Notes under the pieces: model-generated
What the model was told of the DNA's origin: nothing
The model's input: only the letters and a program-made list of their open reading frames with translations
Database searches by the model: none
Translations under genes and position numbers: made by a program
Shown: positions 1 through 8,680 of the stretch, in pieces
How positions within the stretch are numbered: position 1 is the first letter of the stretch
Layout of the letters: each line of letters starts with the position of its first letter
Origin: Deltaproteobacteria bacterium
GTDB lineage: Bacteria; Bdellovibrionota_G; JALEGL01; JAGRMV01
Reading direction: 5' to 3'
Length of the DNA stretch: 64,000 nt
Assembly: GCA_020441045.1 (NCBI GenBank)
Contig: JAGRMV010000001.1
Location: 8,167 to 72,166 of the forward strand

Positions 1-1101
1 ATTTTAGAACGAAGTTTTGGTCCGGCTTCGCGCATCATCGGCACCATCACGCTGACCCTGGCCTATGTTATTATTGTTTCGTATCAATACCGTGCCGGCG
101 CAGCTATTGTCGAAAAGCTTGCACCTGACCTACCACATGTTTGGGCCGTAATTTTTATGGCAGTGTTTGTCATTCTTTATACTGTCCTTGCAGGCATGTA
201 CTCGGTCGCCTATACCGACGTTGTCAATGGCCTGATCATGATCGTCGGTTTTATCATCGTCGTACCTTTTTTGCTCAGCAAAGCCGGTGGGATCAGTGGG
301 GTCATCCATAGTTTAGAAACATCGCAGCGAAGTTTCACCGGACATTATTCGCTGGGGGAGCTTATTTCCATATTGTTACCCTCTTTGCTTTTGATTTTGG
401 GGGATGCCAATTTGTATGGCCGCTTCTTTTCCGCCAAAAGCCCAGAAGCAGCCAAAAAATCTGCCAAGTACATGTTGGCCTCGGTCCTATTTATGGAATG
501 GATCATTTTATTCACTGCGATCATCGGCTTGGCTTTGGTCAATCAAGGCGTTATTGCTACGCCTTCAAATCCTGGACACATTGTCGTTGATATTGCTTAC
601 AATGTTCTGCCACCTTTTTTGGGTGCATTGATGATGGCAACCATCATGGCGATTGTGGTCTCGACTGCCGACTCTTACTTGCTTGCCCCAGGTTCAGCTA
701 TCGTGCGCGATATGTACCAACGTTTTTTCAAACCCGAAGCCACCGACAAACAGCTGGTTTTGGTCAGTCGCATCACGGTTGCTGCGCTTGGTTTGATTGC
801 ACTTGCTATGGCGTTTATGTCCGATAAATTTTTTAGCATCTCGCTTTTTGCCTACACACTTTATGGCGCAAGTATCACACCCGCCTTGCTTGGCGCACTG
901 TTTTGGAAAAAGGTCAACTACCATGCTGGAACCATATCGATGGTTGTAGGACTGCTCACTGCACTTATATGGAAATTTTTGCAAACCAAAGAAATGTTAC
1001 CACAAGCCATTGTCGATATGGGCATAGATGCTGTTCTACCAGCGGCGCTGCTTTCAACCATCGTTTTGGTGACAATCACATGGTTCAAGCAAAAATCGTA
1101 A
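1..1101 (+). CDS. Sodium:solute symporter family transporter, partial (5' end lies upstream of the window)
   Basis: Reading frame is open from nt 1 in the same frame as track ORF 157..1101. Polytopic hydrophobic protein with SSS-like C-terminal motifs (…LYTVLAGMYSVAYTDVVNGL…, …KAGGISGV…). Confidence 0.55.
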   Translation: MLERSFGPASRIIGTITLTLAYVIIVSYQYRAGAAIVEKLAPDLPHVWAVIFMAVFVILYTVLAGMYSVAYTDVVNGLIMIVGFIIVVPFLLSKAGGISGVIHSLETSQRSFTGHYSLGELISILLPSLLLILGDANLYGRFFSAKSPEAAKKSAKYMLASVLFMEWIILFTAIIGLALVNQGVIATPSNPGHIVVDIAYNVLPPFLGALMMATIMAIVVSTADSYLLAPGSAIVRDMYQRFFKPEATDKQLVLVSRITVAALGLIALAMAFMSDKFFSISLFAYTLYGASITPALLGALFWKKVNYHAGTISMVVGLLTALIWKFLQTKEMLPQAIVDMGIDAVLPAALLSTIVLVTITWFKQKS

Positions 1102-1186
1102 AGCACCTTGAATACGATCCTCGTCAATTAAATCTTTGGATTGGGTTTGGCTTGACTTTAGATGCCAAATCAACAAAAATTTTTAT

Positions 1187-2173
1187 ATGAACCAAGATCG
1201 AAGATCCTTCTTTTATACGCTCTTACATAGCACCTTTGGCATCGCAGCTGGGACCATTTTGGCAAGCCGGAGTTCGTATGCAAAATCCCGGCGCAAAACA
1301 ACGCAGCCCGGACTTGTGCTTTCTACCTGGAAACATGGTGTAGCTGCCAATGCTGCAGCATGGGATATCATCGTAAAAAATGGGGCCGCACTAGACGCTG
1401 TTGAAGCAGGCGCACGTCTGACCGAAGCCAATCCAGAGGGGAGAAGTGTTGGTCTAGGCGGCCGACCCGATCGAGAGGGTATTGTAACATTAGATGCTTG
1501 TATCATGGATCAGCATGGCAATGCCGGGTCAGTTGCATTTTTACAAGACATCAAACATCCGATTTCTGTCGCACGTAAAGTCATGCAAGAGACACCTCAT
1601 GTCATGCTTGTCGGTAAAGGTGCGCAGCAGTTCGCTTTGCAACAAGGTTTTCGCAAAGAAAACCTTTTAACCGAAGCAACCCGAAAAGAATATCAACAAT
1701 GGCGCAAAAAATCCCAATATCAGCCGATCATCAATATCGAAAATCACGATACCATTGGTGTAATTGCCCAAGACCAACATGGCAACCTCTCAGGCGCATG
1801 TACCACCAGCGGACTCGGGTATAAAATGCATGGCCGTGTCGGTGACTCACCGATTATTGGGGCGGGCCTATTTGTCGACAATGAGGTCGGCGCTGCCGCG
1901 GCGACAGGCACTGGTGAAGCTGTAATGAAAACCTGTGGTTCTTTTTTGATTGTCGAACGCATGCGTCAGGGCGCTTCACCTATGCAAGCATGCAAAGAAG
2001 CGGTCTTACGCATTGTCAAACACCAAGACTACAGAGATATGCAAGTGGCATATATTGCGATCAATAAGCAGGGAGAGTATGGCGCGTTTAGTATCCGACC
2101 TGGCTTTCCTTATGCCATCAAGTCACATGATCTAGATACATTACAACCATCTGATGCCTACGTGCAAAAATAA
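1187..2173 (+). CDS. Ntn-hydrolase glycosylasparaginase / isoaspartyl peptidase-L-asparaginase family protein with Tat-like signal (MNQDRRSFF…)
   Basis: Track ORF 1136..2173 begins at a TTG; the first ATG is at 1187 (MNQDRRSFFYTLL…AGTILA). Conserved autoproteolytic/nucleophile region …HDTIGVIAQD…GACTTSGLGYKMHGRVGDSPIIGAG… is typical of plant-type asparaginase / aspartylglucosaminidase. Confidence 0.7.
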   Translation: MNQDRRSFFYTLLHSTFGIAAGTILASRSSYAKSRRKTTQPGLVLSTWKHGVAANAAAWDIIVKNGAALDAVEAGARLTEANPEGRSVGLGGRPDREGIVTLDACIMDQHGNAGSVAFLQDIKHPISVARKVMQETPHVMLVGKGAQQFALQQGFRKENLLTEATRKEYQQWRKKSQYQPIINIENHDTIGVIAQDQHGNLSGACTTSGLGYKMHGRVGDSPIIGAGLFVDNEVGAAAATGTGEAVMKTCGSFLIVERMRQGASPMQACKEAVLRIVKHQDYRDMQVAYIAINKQGEYGAFSIRPGFPYAIKSHDLDTLQPSDAYVQK

Positions 2174-2184
2174 TCTACTGTCAT

Positions 2185-3381
2185 TCATTGCTTTGCTACT
2201 TTTTCTACATCGGTCATCACACGCAAAATATTTTGCTGTGCAAGCTTGGCTAGGTCACGATCACTCCAGCCTCTTTCAATCAGTTCCGCAAACAAATACG
2301 GGTATCTTGAGACATCACGCAAATCATCTGGCGTAATGCCGCTCCCCCAAAAATCTCCACCAAGGCCAATATGATCAACACCTGCTACATCACGGATATG
2401 CTGGATATGGTCTGCAACATGCTTCACCGTAACCGATGGCGGGATATCTAATTGTTTATCCTTTTCGTAAGCTTGTTTAAAAACATCTGATCGTTGCTGC
2501 GGATTTTGGACTTTTTTGAAAAACGTTTTGGCCCACTGCCTAGACTCTTGGGTAAGAAAATAAGAAACAAAATTGACCATCACAATACCGTTATTGTCTT
2601 TTACTTGCGCAAGGATATTGTCAGGCACGTTTCTTGGGTGTGAACTTACTGCTTTGGCATTGGAATGCGAGAAAATAATCGGCGCCTGACTTAAGGCAAG
2701 CACATCTTGCATTACTTTTTCGGAAACATGCGATAGGTCGATCATCATACCCAATCGATTCATTTCTTTGATCACCGTCTTGCCAAAGTCACTTAAGCCA
2801 TCGCTTCTTGCCTTATCTGTTGCAGAATCAGCCCAATCAATAGTTTTGGAGTGGGTTAAGGTCATATAGCGGACACCAAGACCGTAATACATACGAAGTA
2901 ATGGCAATGAATTTTCAATCACATGTCCCCCCTCGATACCGAGCATGGATGCAATCTTACCTTGTCGCATGGCTTGCTTGACTTGCTTGGCGGTTGTACA
3001 AAACACAAATGTGTCACTGTACTGCGCCACCATACGTTTGACCAAATCAATTTGCTCCAACTGCACTTTGGCATACCGACCCTCTTTGATATCGTTAGGA
3101 ACCCATACAGACCAAAATTGCCCTCCTACTTTTCCTCTTCGGAGTTTAGGAATATCGGTTTCGCCACCCGTTTCTATCTCCAAATGGGACCTTTGTAAGT
3201 CAGGCACTTCACCATACTGTTCACGAATATTCCAAGGCAAGTCATTATGCCCATCGATAACAGGATATTTGTGAAGAACTTTATATGCTTTTTCTAAAGC
3301 CCCTTCAGGCTGGATCTTTGCAAACCCTTGTGATGTAAAAAAACAACCTAGCAGCCCTACAATAAACATTCGTCGTATCAT
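2185..3381 (-). CDS. Membrane dipeptidase (peptidase M19, renal-dipeptidase family), probable lipoprotein
   Basis: VIDGHNDLPWNIRE motif and overall M19 architecture; N-terminus MIRRMFIVGLLGC has a lipobox-like LLGC; ATG confirmed at 3381. Confidence 0.75.
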   Translation of the reverse strand: MIRRMFIVGLLGCFFTSQGFAKIQPEGALEKAYKVLHKYPVIDGHNDLPWNIREQYGEVPDLQRSHLEIETGGETDIPKLRRGKVGGQFWSVWVPNDIKEGRYAKVQLEQIDLVKRMVAQYSDTFVFCTTAKQVKQAMRQGKIASMLGIEGGHVIENSLPLLRMYYGLGVRYMTLTHSKTIDWADSATDKARSDGLSDFGKTVIKEMNRLGMMIDLSHVSEKVMQDVLALSQAPIIFSHSNAKAVSSHPRNVPDNILAQVKDNNGIVMVNFVSYFLTQESRQWAKTFFKKVQNPQQRSDVFKQAYEKDKQLDIPPSVTVKHVADHIQHIRDVAGVDHIGLGGDFWGSGITPDDLRDVSRYPYLFAELIERGWSDRDLAKLAQQNILRVMTDVEKVAKQ

Positions 3382-3636
3382 GAAGATATTATAAGAGTAT
3401 CTGCTAAAAATACCAGCGAGGCTTCATAAAAACCAATAACAATATACCGATAGAAGCAAGCTATGGTCGTTTCGTTTTTATGTAAGGCAATTTTATGGCA
3501 ATGAGCGCAAGAGTGGGGATGGTCATGTGAGAGCTTGCATAAGCTGCCCAAATATGACCAGCCCAATTCTTACGCGGTCTTGAATAAAACCTTAACATCT
3601 ATAGACCTTCAAAGACGTCTTTGATAGGCTTACTTC

Positions 3637-4146
3637 ATGATTAAAGCGCCCTTTCATTTGCAGGCTTGGATTGATGATAACCGTGACAAGCTTAAGCCTC
3701 CGGTTGGTAATGCCGAAGTTTTTCCGGGCAGTGACTACATTGTCATGGTAGTCGGCGGACCGAACAATCGCAGCGATTTTCATATCAACCAAGGTCCTGA
3801 GTTTTTCTTTCAACTGGAAGGCCAGATGAATTTACGCGTGATTGAAGGCGGCATTCCCAAAGATATACCGATCGCAGAAGGGGAAGTTTTTGTGCTTCCT
3901 GCCAATGTTCCTCACAGCCCCCAACGTTTTGCGCATAGTGTAGGATTGGTCGTAGAACAAGTTCGTGGACCTGAAGAAAAAGATGGGTTTTTATGGATTT
4001 GTGAAAAATGTCACACGGAACTTTATAAGGAATTTGTTCATGTCACCGATATTGTAGCGCAACTACCCATTGTATTTGACCATTTTTATCAGAACCCCGA
4101 ACATACCACCTGCAAAAACTGTGGTGAAATCGCAACACGATCCTAG
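3637..4146 (+). CDS. 3-hydroxyanthranilate 3,4-dioxygenase (cupin, kynurenine pathway)
   Basis: 169 aa; aligns by eye along its length with eukaryotic HAAO (…AWIDDNRDKLKPPVGN…MVVGGPNNRSDFHINQGPEFFFQLEG…VFVLPANVPHSPQRFAHSVGLVVE…). Confidence 0.8.
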   Translation: MIKAPFHLQAWIDDNRDKLKPPVGNAEVFPGSDYIVMVVGGPNNRSDFHINQGPEFFFQLEGQMNLRVIEGGIPKDIPIAEGEVFVLPANVPHSPQRFAHSVGLVVEQVRGPEEKDGFLWICEKCHTELYKEFVHVTDIVAQLPIVFDHFYQNPEHTTCKNCGEIATRS

Positions 4147-4154
4147 ATAGCGTT

Positions 4155-5168
4155 ATGTTAAAAATCGATATTCATACCCATATTATTCCCAAGATCATTC
4201 CGCAGTGGATGGAACAGTTCGGCTATGGTGGTTTTATTCAACTGGATCATCATAAAAACTGCTGCGCTCGAATGATCCTTGATGATGGCACGTTTTTTCG
4301 TGAAATTGAACACAACTGTTGGGACCCTGAGCAGCGTATCAAAGAATGTAATGAATCCGAAGTTGGTGTACAAGTTCTATCGACGGTGCCGGTGATGTTT
4401 AACTATTGGGCTCGGGCTGAACACACGCATGACACTTCCCGTTTTTTAAACGATCATATCGCCAGTGTCGTTGCGCAGTATCCAAAAAGGTTTGTCGGCC
4501 TGGGAACATTGCCCATGCAGAAAACCAGATTGGCCATCGATGAATTAGAAAGATGTGTACATGATTTACACCTGTCAGGTGTACAAATTGGATCGCATAT
4601 CAACAACATCAACCTGAGTGACCCAACGTTATTTCCGATTTTTGAAAAGGCGCAAGAAATTGGCGCCTGCGTTTTTGTCCACCCCTGGGATATGATGGGA
4701 GAAAAAAGCTTAGATAAATACTGGCTATCATGGCTTGTTGGCATGCCAGCCGAAAGCGCGCGAGCCATTTGCTCGATGATTTTTGGCGGCGTGTTAGAAC
4801 GTTTACCACACTTAAAAATTGCCTTTGCCCATGGCGGTGGCTCTTTTCCGGCAACCTTAGGCCGAATCGAACACGGCTTTCACGTACGACCTGACTTGTG
4901 CGCGGTGGATAACAATTGCAACCCACGCAAATACGTCAAACAAATCTACGTTGATTCCCTGGTACATGACCCCTATGCGCTTGAATTTCTCATCGACACT
5001 TTTGGCGTCGACCGCATTGCCCTGGGCAGTGACTATCCTTTTCCACTGGGCGAACATCGTCCAGGCGAACTCATCCAATCTATCCAATTAACAAAAACCG
5101 ACCGCGCCCAACTCTTACACGGCACCGCCTTAGACTGGCTCGGCAAAAAAATAGAAGATTTTATATAA
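4155..5168 (+). CDS. 2-amino-3-carboxymuconate-6-semialdehyde decarboxylase (ACMSD; amidohydrolase-2 family)
   Basis: 337 aa; N-terminus MLKIDIHTHIIPK…FGYGGFIQL and motifs …LSTVPVMFNYWA…FVGLGTLPMQ…FVHPWDMMG…YWLSWLVGMPAE…AFAHGGGSFP…RPDLCA…DSLVHDP…LGSDYPFPLGE closely track human ACMSD. Confidence 0.85.
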   Translation: MLKIDIHTHIIPKIIPQWMEQFGYGGFIQLDHHKNCCARMILDDGTFFREIEHNCWDPEQRIKECNESEVGVQVLSTVPVMFNYWARAEHTHDTSRFLNDHIASVVAQYPKRFVGLGTLPMQKTRLAIDELERCVHDLHLSGVQIGSHINNINLSDPTLFPIFEKAQEIGACVFVHPWDMMGEKSLDKYWLSWLVGMPAESARAICSMIFGGVLERLPHLKIAFAHGGGSFPATLGRIEHGFHVRPDLCAVDNNCNPRKYVKQIYVDSLVHDPYALEFLIDTFGVDRIALGSDYPFPLGEHRPGELIQSIQLTKTDRAQLLHGTALDWLGKKIEDFI

Positions 5169-5181
5169 TCAAAGTAGAAAA

Positions 5182-5200
5182 CAAGCTGCTACGCAGCTTG
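5182..5200. terminator. Short hairpin (CAAGCTG-5 nt-CAGCTTG) 14 nt after the ACMSD stop, between convergent genes
   Basis: Perfect 7-bp stem seen directly; no strong U-tract on the + side, a U-rich run (UUUUCUACUUUG) on the - side. Confidence 0.3.
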
Positions 5201-5252
5201 TCCTTCCCCCCCTAAGCACACCACCAGCAAAGCCATTAAAACACCCCAGATG

Positions 5253-5311
5253 CAAAATGATAGGAAGTTTTCATTACTTGCGCAGCTGTTTGAAAACTTC
5301 CTATCATTTTG
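5253..5311. repeat. Perfect 20-bp inverted repeat (CAAAATGATAGGAAGTTTTC / GAAAACTTCCTATCATTTTG) with a 19-nt loop, 21 nt downstream of the SDR stop
   Basis: Arms 5253-5272 and 5292-5311 are exact reverse complements. Confidence 0.55.
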
Positions 5312-5331
5312 TTCCCTAAACTACATGTTTT

Positions 5332-6111
5332 CTAAAGACTCTGCGTACGCCCGCCATCAACGACGAGATTTGTTCCATTGATATAACTAGCCGCAGGACT
5401 GGCCAAAAACGCAACCGCATTGGCGATTTCACTAGGCTCGCCTAGCCTTCCAGCTGGAATCATCTTTTTCCACATGACATCAATCTCTTGTACGGTTTTG
5501 GATAGGCGATTGGCACTGGCTTGCTTAAGTGTTGTCAGCCTTTCAGTATCTGTAAACCCTGGCAGAACATTATTGACTGTAATTTGATCCTGACCAAGTT
5601 CACTTGCAAGGGTTTTACTCCAATTGCCCATCGCCCCGCGGATGGTATTAGACACCCCAAGATTTGGAATGGGCGCTTTGACTGACGTAGAAATAATATT
5701 GATGATACGACCATATTTTTCTTTTTGCATCGATGGCACAAGCAATTGCGCTAAGGTTTGACTGGCCAAAACATGTGTTCGAAACGCCGTTTCAAATTCT
5801 TTTATGTCTGCATCGATCAGCGGACCCGCTTTTGGACCTCCTGCATTGTTGACCAAGACATGAAAAGGATGCTGCGCAAGTAGTGGGGTAACCCTATCAA
5901 TAATGTTGTTTTGATCAGAGAGATCAACAACAACAAATGCATGTCGATCTGCATGTGGCAACTGGGTCATCATTGATTTGAGCTTATCTTCACTGCGCGC
6001 CAGCAGTGTAACCTTTGCTCCAAGCTGTGCTAATGCAATGGCAGTCGAACGACCAATGCCACTGGAAGCACCACAAACCAACGCGTATTTATCCGCAAGA
6101 GAAATATTCAT
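5332..6111 (-). CDS. Short-chain dehydrogenase/reductase (SDR) family protein, atypical active site
   Basis: [11 protein letters not shown] cofactor motif, NNAG motif, and the LPGFTDT segment of a classical SDR. No YxxxK is visible where expected (…[24 protein letters not shown]…). Confidence 0.7.
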   Translation of the reverse strand: MNISLADKYALVCGASSGIGRSTAIALAQLGAKVTLLARSEDKLKSMMTQLPHADRHAFVVVDLSDQNNIIDRVTPLLAQHPFHVLVNNAGGPKAGPLIDADIKEFETAFRTHVLASQTLAQLLVPSMQKEKYGRIINIISTSVKAPIPNLGVSNTIRGAMGNWSKTLASELGQDQITVNNVLPGFTDTERLTTLKQASANRLSKTVQEIDVMWKKMIPAGRLGEPSEIANAVAFLASPAASYINGTNLVVDGGRTQSL

Positions 6112-6162
6112 ATCTCTAGATATATCAATATTTACCTAGAGCGCAATATCCCATTGATGGGA

Positions 6163-7518
6163 CTATTTCAATAAGGTCATGGCTTGGGTAATACTGCCTG
6201 CCCCCATCGAACAAATGATATCTCCTGGCTTGCTATTTTGCTTTGCACTTTCCACACCTTTGGCGATTGAAGCAACATACAATGCCTTTGTTTTTCCACG
6301 CGCATTGATTTCTTCGACCAAACGCTCAGATGTAATATGTTCGATAGGTGTTTCACTGGCTTCGTAAACTGGCGTCACATAGACGCGATCGGTATAATCA
6401 AACACCTCAATATGTTTCTGCCAAGTATCACGCAGCCTCGTATATCGATGTGGTTGATACAAGACATGCACAACACCTAGCCCTGCTTTCTTTTTTAACG
6501 CAATCAAGGTTGCCAAAATTTCTGTGGGGTGATGCGCATAATCATCATACATATCAACACCCTCGATTTGACCATAATAATCCATGCGTCGATCAATACC
6601 TTTGAATTTTTTTAATGCCTTAGCAATATTTTTTGGCGCAAGACCAACGCGAAGACCGACAGCGAATGCACCTAAGGCATTGAGTACATTGTGCTTACCA
6701 AGCATAGGAAGCTCGACAGTGGCCAAACAATCTTTGGCATTCCATACCTCAAATACCATGTATTTTTCTTCGATACGGATGTTATCAGCTCGTATCATGG
6801 CTTTCATATGAGTACCGACGGTTAAAACTGGTTTATTGATTTCTTCCAAAATCTTGTGCACTTCAGGATCATCAATACAGAGAATGGTCAACCCATCAAA
6901 TGGTACACTAGAAGCAAATTGGGCAAAGGCAGATTTCAGATTGTCAAAACTACCATAATGATTCAAATGCTCTTGATCAATATTGGTAATCACCGCAACC
7001 TCGGGATAAAGATGTAAAAAAGAGCCATCGCTTTCATCGCTTTCTGCGACAAACCAGTTCGATTTCCCCACATATGCATTAGATTGTTTACTTTTTAAGC
7101 GTCCCCCCAAAACAAACGTTGGATCCAAATCATTTTCGAGCATCATATGGGCAACCATGGAAGTTGTGGTGGTCTTGCCATGTGACCCAGCAACAACAAG
7201 TGCTCTTTTTTTACGCATGAGTTCCGCCATCATTTCTGCTCTACGCAAAATTGGAATATGCTTATCCTTGGCTGCTATAAGTTCCACATTTTCATGCGTT
7301 ACGGCCGAAGAGTAGACCACCAGGTTGGCGCCATCGATATGAGATGCTTCGTGCCCCTGAAAAATCTTCGCCCCTTTTTGTGTTAATTTATCCGTCTCAC
7401 TATTTTGGCGGAGATCACTACCTTGCACTTCATAGCCTAAATCCAACAATACATCTGCAATTGCCGACATGCCAATACCTGCAATACCAACAAAATGAAT
7501 CTTTTGCTTATCCATCAC
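6163..7518 (-). CDS. murC: UDP-N-acetylmuramate--L-alanine ligase
   Basis: 451 aa; HFVGIAGIGMSAIA N-terminus, Mur ligase GSHGKTTTTSM P-loop, dcw context. Confidence 0.9.
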   Translation of the reverse strand: MMDKQKIHFVGIAGIGMSAIADVLLDLGYEVQGSDLRQNSETDKLTQKGAKIFQGHEASHIDGANLVVYSSAVTHENVELIAAKDKHIPILRRAEMMAELMRKKRALVVAGSHGKTTTTSMVAHMMLENDLDPTFVLGGRLKSKQSNAYVGKSNWFVAESDESDGSFLHLYPEVAVITNIDQEHLNHYGSFDNLKSAFAQFASSVPFDGLTILCIDDPEVHKILEEINKPVLTVGTHMKAMIRADNIRIEEKYMVFEVWNAKDCLATVELPMLGKHNVLNALGAFAVGLRVGLAPKNIAKALKKFKGIDRRMDYYGQIEGVDMYDDYAHHPTEILATLIALKKKAGLGVVHVLYQPHRYTRLRDTWQKHIEVFDYTDRVYVTPVYEASETPIEHITSERLVEEINARGKTKALYVASIAKGVESAKQNSKPGDIICSMGAGSITQAMTLLK

Positions 7519-7622
7519 TGTATTTCATTTATCTGATTTGCGCACTAGCGCAAAGATTTAGGTTACATATTATACTTGAATATCAAACAAGAGATGTCTA
7601 TACATAAAATACTTCTCAAGCC

Positions 7623-8078
7623 ATGATGTCAGAACATTCTCTACATATCATACAAGCATCAACGAAGCAGACTTACCAAGCATGTTTAGGTATTCGTATG
7701 CAAGTATTTGTCAAAGAACAACAAGTCCCGTTAGAGCTAGAGGTCGATACCTTTGAACAAGAGGCGACCCATTTTTTGGGACAACTCGATGGGCGCGCAG
7801 TGGCAACAGGAAGATACCGTGTCTATGGTGCCAATCTTAAATTTGAACGCATTGCCACACTCCCAGCGTATCGGGGCAAAGGTATTGGCAAAAAATTGAT
7901 GCATCATATGCAAGCTTGTGCACAAAAAAATCATCCTACGCTCTTACCCATGATGTATGCACAAGCAGATGCCATTACATTTTATCAACAACTTGGATGG
8001 ATATGCGAAGGTCCTGAATTTCTCGAAGCCAATATCAAACACAAAAAAATGATCTTCCACCACCAAGACCATCAATAA
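7623..8078 (+). CDS. GNAT family N-acetyltransferase
   Basis: 151 aa; acetyl-CoA binding region …RGKGIGKKLM… Antisense to the dcw operon, between murG/hypothetical and murC. Confidence 0.6.
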   Translation: MMSEHSLHIIQASTKQTYQACLGIRMQVFVKEQQVPLELEVDTFEQEATHFLGQLDGRAVATGRYRVYGANLKFERIATLPAYRGKGIGKKLMHHMQACAQKNHPTLLPMMYAQADAITFYQQLGWICEGPEFLEANIKHKKMIFHHQDHQ

Positions 8079-8680
8079 TACTCAAGCGCATACCAATAAT
8101 CTTTACCTAGCTGTAGACCTCTTATATAGGCAAATTGCTCATCATCTTCAGATATATGATCTGTCACCAAATAACACCGATCACTGTCAAAATTGCGACT
8201 CCACACCATCATCCTTCGCCATTTCATTTGATCAACATATTGTTTTACTGCTTTTGGATCAGCAAACACAAGCTTTTGCCAAGGCATGACGGTTGTTCCA
8301 TTTGCACGCAGGTAAGAGCATCGCACCGCATAGACATCCCTTTCCACAATTTCATCACTACGCATCTCTGGAAGGAGATCATCAGAGCATTTCATTGTCT
8401 TTTGCACAATTTCGGTATGCTGGAGCGTAAAGAATTTTCTTTGCATTTTTTTACGTAGGGGGGTCAGAAGAACGACAATGCCAACAACGAAGATTATAAC
8501 AATCGTCGAGGCAAAAAAACGATCCCAATTCAACATCACGGCTACTACTATAGAAATCAATATAACAAAAAAAGAAACAAAGCTTATGACGGTCAACAAA
8601 AACCACCGCTGATGCACAAAAGCAATATTCTTTTCTCTATGTAAAGTAGAAAATCCTGCATTGAGTTCGAGCAAGCTCAT
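8072..8680 (-). CDS. Hypothetical membrane protein (two N-terminal TM helices plus soluble C-terminal domain), translationally coupled to murG
   Basis: ATG at 8680 overlaps the murG TGA stop (ATGA). 202 aa, hydrophobic segments at about 25-75. Confidence 0.5.
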   Translation of the reverse strand: MSLLELNAGFSTLHREKNIAFVHQRWFLLTVISFVSFFVILISIVVAVMLNWDRFFASTIVIIFVVGIVVLLTPLRKKMQRKFFTLQHTEIVQKTMKCSDDLLPEMRSDEIVERDVYAVRCSYLRANGTTVMPWQKLVFADPKAVKQYVDQMKWRRMMVWSRNFDSDRCYLVTDHISEDDEQFAYIRGLQLGKDYWYALEYY

